A stretch of DNA of 64,000 nt, taken from an uncultured SAR86 cluster bacterium (GTDB taxonomy: Bacteria; Pseudomonadota; Gammaproteobacteria; Magnimaribacterales; AG-339-G14). The DNA is taken from the NCBI GenBank assembly GCA_902529935.1, contig CABZYK010000004.1, positions 66,674 through 130,673 of the forward strand. The letters are read 5' to 3'. Made by a program: the position numbers and the translations under genes. The notes beneath the pieces were generated by a model. The model made no database searches. It worked only from the letters and a program-made list of their open reading frames with translations, and was not told the DNA's origin. Shown piece after piece: positions 1 to 8,675 of the stretch (positions are counted from its first letter, which is position 1; each line of letters begins with the position of its first letter).

Positions 1-570
1 CAATTCTGGCAATCCTTCAAACGAACTTGTTGCTTGGACAATCCCAGCATCAAGCGCATCAGTTCCAGTCCATCTTTTTGATAATTGAACTGTTTCATAG
101 AAGGCATTTGCAGGAATTTTATGCTTGAATAAAGATAGCTCAGGTCTTGGAATAGATAAGCCTAGTTGCATTTCATTTGCGCATAAAAATCCCCTATCTT
201 CTCTCATAATCCTTACATCATGAGTTAGAGCAAGCATAAATCCGGCTCCAAAAGCATGGCCGTTAATCGCACATACTGTGGGTATTGGTAAAGTTATAAA
301 ACGGCCCATCAGGTGCATAAATTCTTTTCCGAAAACATCTCTGTCGCCTCCGTCAGGATTACTTTTTGGATCGTGCATCCAATCAAGATCTAAACCATTT
401 GAAAAGAACTTAGGATTTTCAGATGAGGTGATTAGTGCTCCTGGACCATCATCATTTTCTATTTCGCCAAGGGCTTTGGCTATTTCTCTTACAAAAGTTG
501 TATTCCAACGATTTTCATTAGCAGCCAGGGTTAAAAAATAGATTGATTCTTTTTTCTCTAGTTTTATCAC
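1..570 (-). CDS. enoyl-CoA hydratase/isomerase (crotonase) family protein, partial; C-terminus lies beyond the window edge
   Basis: My own minus-strand translation from GTG at 570 gives VIKLEKKESIYFLTLAANENRWN...PTVCAINGHAFGAGFMLALTHDVRIMREDRGFLCANEMQLGL, which is open to position 1. A TAA lies 4 codons upstream of the GTG. The crotonase-type GHAFGAG oxyanion-hole region is present. It is absent from the ORF track because it runs off the edge. Confidence 0.75.
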   Translation of the reverse strand, partial: MIKLEKKESIYFLTLAANENRWNTTFVREIAKALGEIENDDGPGALITSSENPKFFSNGLDLDWMHDPKSNPDGGDRDVFGKEFMHLMGRFITLPIPTVCAINGHAFGAGFMLALTHDVRIMREDRGFLCANEMQLGLSIPRPELSLFKHKIPANAFYETVQLSKRWTGTDALDAGIVQATSSFEGLPEL

Positions 571-686
571 AATGTTTTTTTAAAAGATTTACTGTTAAAA
601 CATCATACATAAAAACAATACAAATTAGATACAAACTTTCTCAAGATGCTTTAATATCTCGCCCTAAGGAAATATAGGAGAAGGAG

Positions 687-1229
687 ATGAGTGATCCATT
701 AAATTTGAAAAAACACATTAGAGAAGTTAAAGATTTCCCAATTGAAGGGATAAATTTTAGAGATATAACAAGCCTCATAGAAAATCCTGAAGCTTTTCAA
801 ACTACCTGCAAGGAATTAATAGAAGTTTCTAAAAATTTTAATGCTTCGCTCATCGCAAGCATTGAGAGTAGAGGTTTTATTTTTGCTGGTTCAATTTCTT
901 TTGAACTCGGACTTCCTTTTGTTCTAGCAAGAAAACCAGGAAAACTTCCTAACGAAACATTTAAAAAAGACTTTGATTTAGAATACGGGAGTACTTCTAT
1001 TGAGATTCAAAAAAATACAACCTTTAAGAGCTCGGATAGAGTCGTTATTGTTGATGATTTAGTTGCAACTGGTGGAACAGCAATTGCTTGCGCAGAACTA
1101 TTAACTGAAAACTTTAAAATTAAGAAATCAAATATTCTTATTTTAGGCGTAATAGATTTGCCTAAACTAGGCGGTAGCGATCTAATTGTTAAAGAGGGAT
1201 ACAATATTCAGACTCTTGTTTCTTACTAG
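687..1229 (+). CDS. apt: adenine phosphoribosyltransferase
   Basis: 180 aa. Has the PRPP-binding motif VVIVDDLVATGGTA and the N-terminal IREVKDFPIEGINFRDIT typical of Apt. AGGAGAAGGAG Shine-Dalgarno lies just upstream. Confidence 0.95.
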   Translation: MSDPLNLKKHIREVKDFPIEGINFRDITSLIENPEAFQTTCKELIEVSKNFNASLIASIESRGFIFAGSISFELGLPFVLARKPGKLPNETFKKDFDLEYGSTSIEIQKNTTFKSSDRVVIVDDLVATGGTAIACAELLTENFKIKKSNILILGVIDLPKLGGSDLIVKEGYNIQTLVSY

Positions 1230-1283
1230 TTGGGGTAAGAAAAAATACCTGTTAATCTTTATTTATTCAAACAGGAGAGAGAA

Positions 1284-1742
1284 ATGAAAATCTTTTTATC
1301 AATACTATTAGTCTTTTCAATTCACATTTTTTCAGATGATCATAAAAAGCTTGATCCAATCATATTCATGCTAGATTTGTCAGTTAATGACGGAAAAATA
1401 AAAAAAGCAGAAAAATTTACATACGATATTACAAAAAATGTTATCAAAATGGAGCCTGATACGGTCATTTATCAATACTATTTTGATTCAGAAGAAAAAG
1501 TCTTTTTATACGAAGTTTATAAAAGTAACGAAGCTGCTATTGAGCATGTGAAAAATTTTAGAGGCAGCAAGTGGGAAAGTAAATTTGGAGAGTTATTTTC
1601 TATCGAAAATTTTGCTGTTTTAGGAGAAGCATCCGAAGACTTGAAAAAGTCTCTAGAGGGTTACACAACAGATTTTAGGTACTTAAAAGGGGGATTTCAT
1701 AAGCCTGCGAAAAAGTTGTCTAAAGAAATTATGAATCTTTAA
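1284..1742 (+). CDS. secreted small protein, possible ABM (antibiotic-biosynthesis-monooxygenase-like) fold
   Basis: 152 aa with an N-terminal hydrophobic signal-like segment MKIFLSILLVFSIHIFS. The central YQYYFDSEEKVFLYEVYKSNEAAIEHV resembles ABM/ferredoxin-like domains. GGAGAGAG lies upstream of the ATG. Confidence 0.5.
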   Translation: MKIFLSILLVFSIHIFSDDHKKLDPIIFMLDLSVNDGKIKKAEKFTYDITKNVIKMEPDTVIYQYYFDSEEKVFLYEVYKSNEAAIEHVKNFRGSKWESKFGELFSIENFAVLGEASEDLKKSLEGYTTDFRYLKGGFHKPAKKLSKEIMNL

Positions 1743-1749
1743 ATATCCC

Positions 1750-2406
1750 GTGAGCATTTCAGAAATTGGAGTGGATAGAGATCAGAATATAATTTTATGG
1801 GGATCTGGAACAGCTAGAACTCTTCGTCCTATATGGATGGCAGAAGAGTTAGGATTAAGTTATAAGTTAAATCCTATTGGACCAAGAACGGGTGAAACTC
1901 AAACAAAAGAATTCACCAACTTAAATAGAAAACAAAAAATTCCCCTAATGCAAAAAGGAGATTTTTACTTATCGGAGAGCCTTGCAATTTGTAAATATTT
2001 GCAAAGAGCATTCCCATCAAAAAGATTATTTATTCCAACTTCAGATGTAGAACTAGCTAAAGAAGACGAATGGTGTTGTTTTATTTTAGGAGAGATTGAT
2101 GAGACATCACTTTATGTCATGAGACGACATTATGATTTAAAAGAAATTTATGGTGAATCAAAGACGGTTACAAATGCATGCAGAGACTATTTACAAAGAC
2201 AATTTGAGGTCATTGAAGAATATTTGGAAGATAAAAATTACATTATGAAAGAAGGCTTTGGAATTTGTGATATTTTCTTAATTTCTTGTTTAGATTGGGC
2301 TATATTTTATGAGTTTGAATTGACTAAAAATATGACTGAATACAGAGAAGACATTATTAATAGACCAGCTTATAAAAAAGCTATGGATATAAACTATTCT
2401 AGATAA
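1750..2406 (+). CDS. glutathione S-transferase family protein
   Basis: 218 aa, GTG start. Thioredoxin-like N-domain pattern (KIPLMQKGDFYLSESLAICKYL) followed by a helical C-domain. Confidence 0.8.
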   Translation: MSISEIGVDRDQNIILWGSGTARTLRPIWMAEELGLSYKLNPIGPRTGETQTKEFTNLNRKQKIPLMQKGDFYLSESLAICKYLQRAFPSKRLFIPTSDVELAKEDEWCCFILGEIDETSLYVMRRHYDLKEIYGESKTVTNACRDYLQRQFEVIEEYLEDKNYIMKEGFGICDIFLISCLDWAIFYEFELTKNMTEYREDIINRPAYKKAMDINYSR

Positions 2407-2411
2407 AAGAA

Positions 2412-3593
2412 ATGGGACCACTACAAGGAGTAAAAGTTCTCGATCTTACCAGTATGGTTTCAGGACCTATGGGAGCAATGATTCTAGCTGATCAAGGTGC
2501 AGAGGTAATCAAAGTTGAGCCACTAAATGGAGAATTGGTTCGACACATGGCTGCTGATCATAATGGACTCAATCCAGTTTTTTATTCGTGTAATAGAGGT
2601 AAAAAGTCAATTGCTATAGATCTGAAAACAAAACATGGCAAAGAGATACTGTTTAAACTTGCTTCTGAAGCAGATGTTTTTATGCAAAATTTTCGTCCAG
2701 GCGCTATTGAAAGAATGGGTTTTGGCGAGAAAGAACTAAGAAAAATTAATAAAGGTATTATTTATGTCTCGATAAGTGGATTTGGTAAAAACGGTCCTTA
2801 CTCTGCTTCAAGAGTTTATGATCCAGTTATTCAAGCTCTTTCCGGCGCAACAGATATACAAGCCGATAGAGACACCGGTAGACCCAAGATGTTCAGAATT
2901 ATCATTGCTGACAAGGTTACCTCATTGACTTCAGCACAGGCAGTATCATCTGCTCTGTATGTAAGAGAAAAAAAAGGAATTGCTCAACACATCGAGCTCT
3001 CGATGTTGGATTGTATGCTTTCTTTCTTCTGGCCTGAAGGAATGGCAGGAATAGTTTTTGCTGAGAAAGAAACTGATGTTAGGAAATTACAGGGCTCTCA
3101 AGATTTAATTTATAAAGCAAAAGACAGATACATAACAGCAGGAGCTGTCTCTGATGCTGAATGGAAGGGAATGTGCACAGCCTTAAACAGGGAAGATCTA
3201 ATTGAAGACGAAAGATTTTCGACTCCTGCAGGAAGAGTTATCAATTCACAAATAAGAAAAGAAATTACTGGGGAAGAAATTGCAAAATGGGAAAGTGAAG
3301 AAATCCTAGCCTTATTTCAAAAAGAAGGCGTGCCCTGTGCTCCTTTGCTGGATCGAATGGAACTTCTTGAAAATGAACAAATACTAGCTAACGATTCAAT
3401 TTTAAGAACAGAATATGAAGCTTTAGGAGAAGTAAGACAAGCGAGACCTGCAGCTCAATTTACAAAAACGCCCAGCGAGATAGTTAGGCCTGCACCAAGA
3501 CTTGGTGAGCACACAGAAGACATTTTATTCAAAGCAGGCTACAAAAAGAATGAAATCCAAACTTTTTTAAAAGAAAAAATTGTTAAAACATAA
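2412..3593 (+). CDS. family III CoA-transferase (CaiB/BaiF type)
   Basis: 393 aa. N-terminus GPLQGVKVLDLTSMVSGPMGAMILADQGAEVIKVEP and the later NFRPG...GFG are hallmark CaiB/BaiF motifs. Confidence 0.9.
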   Translation: MGPLQGVKVLDLTSMVSGPMGAMILADQGAEVIKVEPLNGELVRHMAADHNGLNPVFYSCNRGKKSIAIDLKTKHGKEILFKLASEADVFMQNFRPGAIERMGFGEKELRKINKGIIYVSISGFGKNGPYSASRVYDPVIQALSGATDIQADRDTGRPKMFRIIIADKVTSLTSAQAVSSALYVREKKGIAQHIELSMLDCMLSFFWPEGMAGIVFAEKETDVRKLQGSQDLIYKAKDRYITAGAVSDAEWKGMCTALNREDLIEDERFSTPAGRVINSQIRKEITGEEIAKWESEEILALFQKEGVPCAPLLDRMELLENEQILANDSILRTEYEALGEVRQARPAAQFTKTPSEIVRPAPRLGEHTEDILFKAGYKKNEIQTFLKEKIVKT

Positions 3594-3677
3594 TCTATAT
3601 AGTCTTTTCATTGCCATGGAAAAAAGATTCATTTATCTAATTAACCCTATAAACTAATCAAACAAATAAGAGGATAT

Positions 3678-4097
3678 ATGCACCCGATAGAAAAATGGCA
3701 CAAACTGATTAAATCAAATGATCCTAATAAATTTGACGAATTATTGGATGAAAATTGTACTTTTTACTCCCCTGTTGTTTTCACTCCAATTAAAGGCAGA
3801 GAGATGACAAAAATGTATTTAATGGCTGCCGGTGGTGTTTTTGGAGAAGGTCCCACCAAAGGAGAAGAAAGCAAATCTAAGCCTTTTAAATACATTAAAG
3901 AAGTTATTGATAAAAATTCAGCAGTCTTAGAATTCGAGTCAACAATTGATGGAATTTACATAAATGGAATTGACTTAGTTTCTTGGAATGATGAGGGAAA
4001 AATTACTGAATTCAAAGTAATCGTTAGACCTCTTCAAGCAGTTAATAAGCTTCATGAGCAAATGCAAAACATGCTTGAACAGATGAAAACTGCATAA
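3678..4097 (+). CDS. NTF2/SnoaL-like domain protein
   Basis: 139 aa. Size and pattern (W..L....D...F.ELLDENCTFYSPV) are typical of the NTF2-like superfamily. AAGAGGA SD lies upstream. Confidence 0.55.
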   Translation: MHPIEKWHKLIKSNDPNKFDELLDENCTFYSPVVFTPIKGREMTKMYLMAAGGVFGEGPTKGEESKSKPFKYIKEVIDKNSAVLEFESTIDGIYINGIDLVSWNDEGKITEFKVIVRPLQAVNKLHEQMQNMLEQMKTA

Positions 4098-4102
4098 CTA
4101 AT

Positions 4103-5251
4103 TTGTCACCAATAGTCTCAATCGTCGGAGCGGGTATTTCTGGCCTAACTGCGGGGATTTGCCTATCAAAAAAAAATATTCCCTCAGTTATTTATGAAAG
4201 AGACTCAGCGATATCAGAGGTCTCTGCTGGGATAAATTTGTCTCCAAACGCAACAAATCTATTACAAAAAATTGGAGTCCTTGATGATTTAATTTCCCTA
4301 GGTCATCAGCCATCTAAAGTGGTTTTTAGAGATCACAAAGGTAAAAAGATCAGCTCTTATAAAGTCAATAGGGGCGATGAAAAGTATTTAACTCTTAATC
4401 GAAAAAGACTTGTTGGCGTACTTTATGACAAATATCTAGAGCATGGTGGCGAAGTTATTTTCAATAACAAGATTGAGGATTTTAAAAATAAGGATATTAC
4501 ATTTAAAGATAAATCTTTAGACGCAGAGTTGATTCTTGGTTGCGATGGAATTAATTCTTCAATACGAACAAAAAAATTTGTATCTGTTCCTCCTTTATTT
4601 TCTGGATTTACAGCATGGAGAAGCATTAAGGAATTATCATCTCCATTTGAAAAAAATAACGGGGAAGATATAAATTTTTATTTAGGTCCAAACTCACACA
4701 TCGTTACATATCCAATTGGAGAAAATACCTACAGCGCAACGTGCATCATTAAGTCTAGTGATTGGATAGAGGAATCATGGGTATTAGAGGGAACTAAAGA
4801 TCAGTTTCAATCTGACTTTAAAGACTGGAATACTGAGTTATTAACTTATCTTGCAGATTCTAAGCTTTACAAATGGGGAATCTTCCAAAGATCACCTTTA
4901 GAAAGCTTTTCGACTAATAATATATTCCTTTTAGGGGACAGTGCTCATGCAATGGTTCCGTTTTTAGGTCAAGGTTCCTGCTTGGCAATAGAAGATAGTT
5001 ATGGTCTTGCAGAAATTTTAGATAAAAAAGAATTTATAGATGACGCAAAAAAATTATTTGATGATTTGAGGCTATCGAGATGCAGAAATATCTATAAAAG
5101 ATCCCTTAGACAAGCCAAGCTAAATCACATATCTAATCCACTACTAACTTTTTTAAGAAACAAACTTTTGAGTTATCTTCCTCTAGCAAATTTTATGGTT
5201 CGAGATATTCATAGCTATGATCTTGATGCAGAGTTAAAAAAACTTATCTAG
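4103..5251 (+). CDS. FAD-dependent aromatic-ring/salicylate-type monooxygenase
   Basis: 382 aa, TTG start. Has the dinucleotide-binding IVGAGISGLTAG, CDGINSSIR, and the GDSAHAMVPFLGQGSCLAIED fingerprint of class A flavoprotein monooxygenases. Confidence 0.85.
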   Translation: MSPIVSIVGAGISGLTAGICLSKKNIPSVIYERDSAISEVSAGINLSPNATNLLQKIGVLDDLISLGHQPSKVVFRDHKGKKISSYKVNRGDEKYLTLNRKRLVGVLYDKYLEHGGEVIFNNKIEDFKNKDITFKDKSLDAELILGCDGINSSIRTKKFVSVPPLFSGFTAWRSIKELSSPFEKNNGEDINFYLGPNSHIVTYPIGENTYSATCIIKSSDWIEESWVLEGTKDQFQSDFKDWNTELLTYLADSKLYKWGIFQRSPLESFSTNNIFLLGDSAHAMVPFLGQGSCLAIEDSYGLAEILDKKEFIDDAKKLFDDLRLSRCRNIYKRSLRQAKLNHISNPLLTFLRNKLLSYLPLANFMVRDIHSYDLDAELKKLI

Positions 5252-6031
5252 TTACCTAGAACCTTGACCATCATCTATTTTGATACATGTGCCTGTTACA
5301 CATTCTGATGATGGAGATACCAAGAAAAGTAGGGTCGAATCCATTTGCTCAGGAAGTCCAATCCTCTTTCGAGGAAAAGCCTGACTAATATCTCCAACCC
5401 TTTCTATCATGCCATCCATCATTTCGGATGAAAAAGCTCCAGGCGCAATTGCATTGACATTGATATTTTTTGCGGACCATTCAACTGCCAAAGCTTCTGA
5501 CATCCTAACAATAGCTCTTTTAGTTATGGAATATAAAGATGCTGCAGACTGTGGCGTTGTGTTGTAGGCAGCTATTGATGCAATGTTCACCATCCTTCCT
5601 GGCATGTTTTTTTCAATTAATCTTTTTGCTACTTCAATAGAGAGCAGATAAGGCCCAGTTAAATTAGTGCCTATGACATTATCGATTAGTTCATCTGATT
5701 GTTTTATGGCCCATTGAGCATCAGGAACCCCAGCATTGTTTATCAAGGTATCGATGGTTCCCAACTCAGATTCAACCGATTGAACTGCAGCCCTGATGCT
5801 TTCTCTATCAACCATATCAATGGGAACAACCGCACATTCCCCTCCATCATGTTTTATTTCCTCAGCTAAAGCTTCCAACTTTTCGACCCTTCTAGCAGAA
5901 ATTGCTACTCTGGCTCCGCATTTTGCTAATACTTTTGCAAACCTATATCCCAAACCTGAAGAAGCTCCTGTCACAAGAGCTACCTGGCCTGATAGGTCAA
6001 TTGAAAAATTTGGTACCGTATTCTCCATCAT
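5252..6031 (-). CDS. short-chain dehydrogenase/reductase (SDR)
   Basis: 259 aa. Contains VTGASSGLG (TGxxxGxG), NNAG, and a Y..xK-type active-site region (YSITKRA). Confidence 0.9.
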   Translation of the reverse strand: MMENTVPNFSIDLSGQVALVTGASSGLGYRFAKVLAKCGARVAISARRVEKLEALAEEIKHDGGECAVVPIDMVDRESIRAAVQSVESELGTIDTLINNAGVPDAQWAIKQSDELIDNVIGTNLTGPYLLSIEVAKRLIEKNMPGRMVNIASIAAYNTTPQSAASLYSITKRAIVRMSEALAVEWSAKNINVNAIAPGAFSSEMMDGMIERVGDISQAFPRKRIGLPEQMDSTLLFLVSPSSECVTGTCIKIDDGQGSR

Positions 6032-6096
6032 TTACTCCTTTTTTTTCTTTATACTACATTAATTGACAATACATAAAGATAGGGGAGAGATCATTT

Positions 6097-6780
6097 ATGC
6101 TTTGGGTTAAAACATTATTAGGAATCACCGTTCAAGCTTTATTTCTTGGACTTTTTATTTACTTACCTGCATGGACTTGGTATTGGGAAGACGCAATAAC
6201 TTGGTTCAGCATTTTTTATTTCATGACGTTTTTTTCATGCATCTATTTGCTGATCTATAAGCCCGAAAGCTTAGAGGCAAGATTAAATATGCAACCCAGC
6301 AGTCAGCCAAGAGAAGATAAAATTGCGACTTCTTTAATGGTTTCTGCTATGGCGATTGGACTAATTTTCTCTCCTTTAGATGCGTTTCATTTTCAAGTTA
6401 CACCTTCCTTCGAGGGCATTTTAAAAATATCAGGCTTAGGAATTTATGTAATAGGTTATCTCTTCATACTAGCTTCGATGCTTGCTAATGAATTTGCAGA
6501 AATGACAGTAAATATCCAAGACGATAGGGGACAAAAAGTCATTGATACTGGAGTTTATGCTTATGTGCGACATCCAATGTATACAGGATTTATTTTTTTT
6601 ATTTTAGGAACAAATCTTTGGTTAGGAACTTACCTTTCCTTTGGTATCTCGGTGATAGCTCTGACTGTAGGTCTTCATTTCAGAATTCGCATAGAGGAAA
6701 AAACATTAATAAATGAATTGGACGGCTATCAAGATTATTTAAAAAAGGTAAAATTCAAAGTAATCCCATACATCATATGA
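6097..6780 (+). CDS. isoprenylcysteine carboxyl / phospholipid methyltransferase-like membrane protein
   Basis: 227 aa and polytopic. The C-terminal VIDTGVYAYVRHPMYTGFIFFILG motif is typical of the ICMT/PEMT family. Confidence 0.75.
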   Translation: MLWVKTLLGITVQALFLGLFIYLPAWTWYWEDAITWFSIFYFMTFFSCIYLLIYKPESLEARLNMQPSSQPREDKIATSLMVSAMAIGLIFSPLDAFHFQVTPSFEGILKISGLGIYVIGYLFILASMLANEFAEMTVNIQDDRGQKVIDTGVYAYVRHPMYTGFIFFILGTNLWLGTYLSFGISVIALTVGLHFRIRIEEKTLINELDGYQDYLKKVKFKVIPYII

Positions 6781-8675
6781 TTTCAAAACTAGAACATCCT
6801 TTAGAAATGTTATCAACAGAGGAAATTTCTCTGGCATATGAAATATATAAAACATCAGAGGGTTATGATGAAGCAACTCATTTTAGTCAGATTTCTTTAG
6901 TGGAGCCTACAAAAGAGCTTTTAAAAGATTTTAAACCAGGCGATCCTTTTGAAAGGGAAGTAAAACTTATTGGAAGAGACTCAGCTCTCGATGGGGGTTT
7001 TGTAGCAACCATCAATCTGTCAAATAAAACTCTTAATGTCGAGAGAGTGTCAAATTCAGCACAAGTTCAATATACCGTGCAAGATATTTTTACAGCCATG
7101 ACTCTTTTAAAAGAACATCCAGATTATCAGGCTGCTATGAAAAAAAGAGGTATTACCGATATGGAAAAGGTGCAAATCGATCCTTGGCCGGCTGGCGGTA
7201 TTGTTCATGAAAAAATCAAACAAGGACATCGGGCCCTTAAAGGCATATCCTTTTTTAAGGAAGATGCTGGAGATAATCCATATGCAAAACCAATTAACGG
7301 AGTAATCGGTCACGTTGATTTAACACTAGGAGAAGTTGTCTGCGTTGAAGATCACGGAGTAGATCCTATTCCAGAAGCTAAATCAAATTACGACGCAACA
7401 TCACAAACAATCTTGAGAGATGAACCAAAAGAAATAAAAATCACTCAACCCGATGGGGTTGGTTTCAGTGTTGATAGAAATAAAATATCTTGGGAAGGCT
7501 GGGATGTACGAGTTTCTTTAACTCCTGATGAAGGGGTAGTTCTTCACGAGCTTTCTCTTAATGATAGACCTATCTTATTTAGGGCTGCGATGTCAGACAT
7601 GGTTGTACCTTATGGGTCAGCTGATCCCATGCACTCATGGAAAGCAGTCCATGACGGAACTGAATATGGTTTTGGTAGGCTTTCAAATTCTCTTACATTA
7701 GGTTGTGATTGTCTTGGAGAGATTCATTATTTCAATGCTAGTGGTATATCTTTTGATGGTTCTGTAGAAGTCATAGAAAATGCGATTTGCCTGCACGAAG
7801 AGGATTATGGGATTCAATGGAAGCACAGTGATGGAATGGGAGCGCCTAACGAGGTGCGAAGATCTAGAAGGCTTGTGATCAGTTCGATTTCAACAATTGG
7901 CAACTATGATTACGGTTTATTCTGGTACTTATATTTAGACGGCACCATTGAAACCGAAGTTAAACTGACTGGTATTGTTGGTATCAGCGCTTACAACGAA
8001 GAGAAACATAATCCCAATCAAGATTTAAGAATTTCAAAGGAATTGGTTTCCCCAGTTCATCAACATCTTTTCTGTATGCGATTAGATTGGAATTTAGACG
8101 GAGGCAATAATCAATTATTTGAGAGCGAAATTGAGTTGATGCCTGATGATGATAACAACTCTTATGGAATGCAATTTCAATCCGTTTCTACACATTTAAA
8201 AACAGAGCATGAAGCTAAAAGAGACATTTCTCCTGCAACAAGCAGAGTATGGAAAGTAGTTAATCCGCAGAAAAAAAACGGCATGGGTCTGCCGGTAGCA
8301 TATAAATTACTGCCTGGAAATACACCTAAAATGCTTGCTCGGGATGATTCTCCGCCGGCAAAGAGAGCCTCTTTTGGAAAACATAACCTTTGGGGGACGC
8401 CATTTAACGATGGTGAGTACGCTGCGGGAGGAGCAAACTCAGTGATGCACTCTGGAGAAGGTGGTCTGGAGGATATTACTTCTGGGGATAGAGATATAAG
8501 CAATTGTGATTTAGTTACTTGGTATACATTTGGAGTAACACACGTACCAAGACCTGAGGACTGGCCTGTGATGCCTGTTGAATACTGCGGTTTTCATTTG
8601 ATTCCGGTTGGTTTTTTTGACGAGAACCCAACCATCAATTTACCACCAAATTGCTCAAGTGATAAAAATAAATAG
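6777..8675 (+). CDS. copper-containing (topaquinone) primary amine oxidase
   Basis: 632 aa. Has the TPQ precursor motif IGNYDYG (N-Y-D/E) and Cu-ligand histidines in HQHLF and GVTHVPRPEDWPVMP. No signal peptide. The start overlaps the upstream stop (ATGA). Confidence 0.9.
   Translation: MISKLEHPLEMLSTEEISLAYEIYKTSEGYDEATHFSQISLVEPTKELLKDFKPGDPFEREVKLIGRDSALDGGFVATINLSNKTLNVERVSNSAQVQYTVQDIFTAMTLLKEHPDYQAAMKKRGITDMEKVQIDPWPAGGIVHEKIKQGHRALKGISFFKEDAGDNPYAKPINGVIGHVDLTLGEVVCVEDHGVDPIPEAKSNYDATSQTILRDEPKEIKITQPDGVGFSVDRNKISWEGWDVRVSLTPDEGVVLHELSLNDRPILFRAAMSDMVVPYGSADPMHSWKAVHDGTEYGFGRLSNSLTLGCDCLGEIHYFNASGISFDGSVEVIENAICLHEEDYGIQWKHSDGMGAPNEVRRSRRLVISSISTIGNYDYGLFWYLYLDGTIETEVKLTGIVGISAYNEEKHNPNQDLRISKELVSPVHQHLFCMRLDWNLDGGNNQLFESEIELMPDDDNNSYGMQFQSVSTHLKTEHEAKRDISPATSRVWKVVNPQKKNGMGLPVAYKLLPGNTPKMLARDDSPPAKRASFGKHNLWGTPFNDGEYAAGGANSVMHSGEGGLEDITSGDRDISNCDLVTWYTFGVTHVPRPEDWPVMPVEYCGFHLIPVGFFDENPTINLPPNCSSDKNK

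Noticed and set aside
278-541. 87-aa plus-strand ORF from the track
   Set aside because: It lies entirely antisense to a much better crotonase-family reading frame (1..570, minus) that carries clear family motifs. It has no recognisable motifs and no SD.
588-612. SOS-box-like TACTGT half-site in the crotonase/apt intergenic region
   Set aside because: The region reads TACTGTTAAAACATCATACA. Only the CTGT half is present, and the ACAG half at N8 spacing is missing.
8177-8503. Internal antisense or alternative-frame ORFs of 60-110 aa from the track. Examples: 8177..8503, 12467..12718, 12936..13217, 28209..28499, 49215..49517, 59455..59745, 62462..62779
   Set aside because: All are nested in long, motif-rich genes. 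They have biased low-complexity composition typical of shadow frames in AT-rich DNA and lack SD sequences and recognisable domains.
8608-8658. TTG start of the giant adhesin, 68 nt inside the amine oxidase gene
   Set aside because: The extra residues (MVFLTRTQPSIYHQIAQ) precede an in-frame GTG (8659) that yields a textbook signal peptide (MIKINRIIRPHF...SSNALA). The shorter form is more plausible, though it is not proven.
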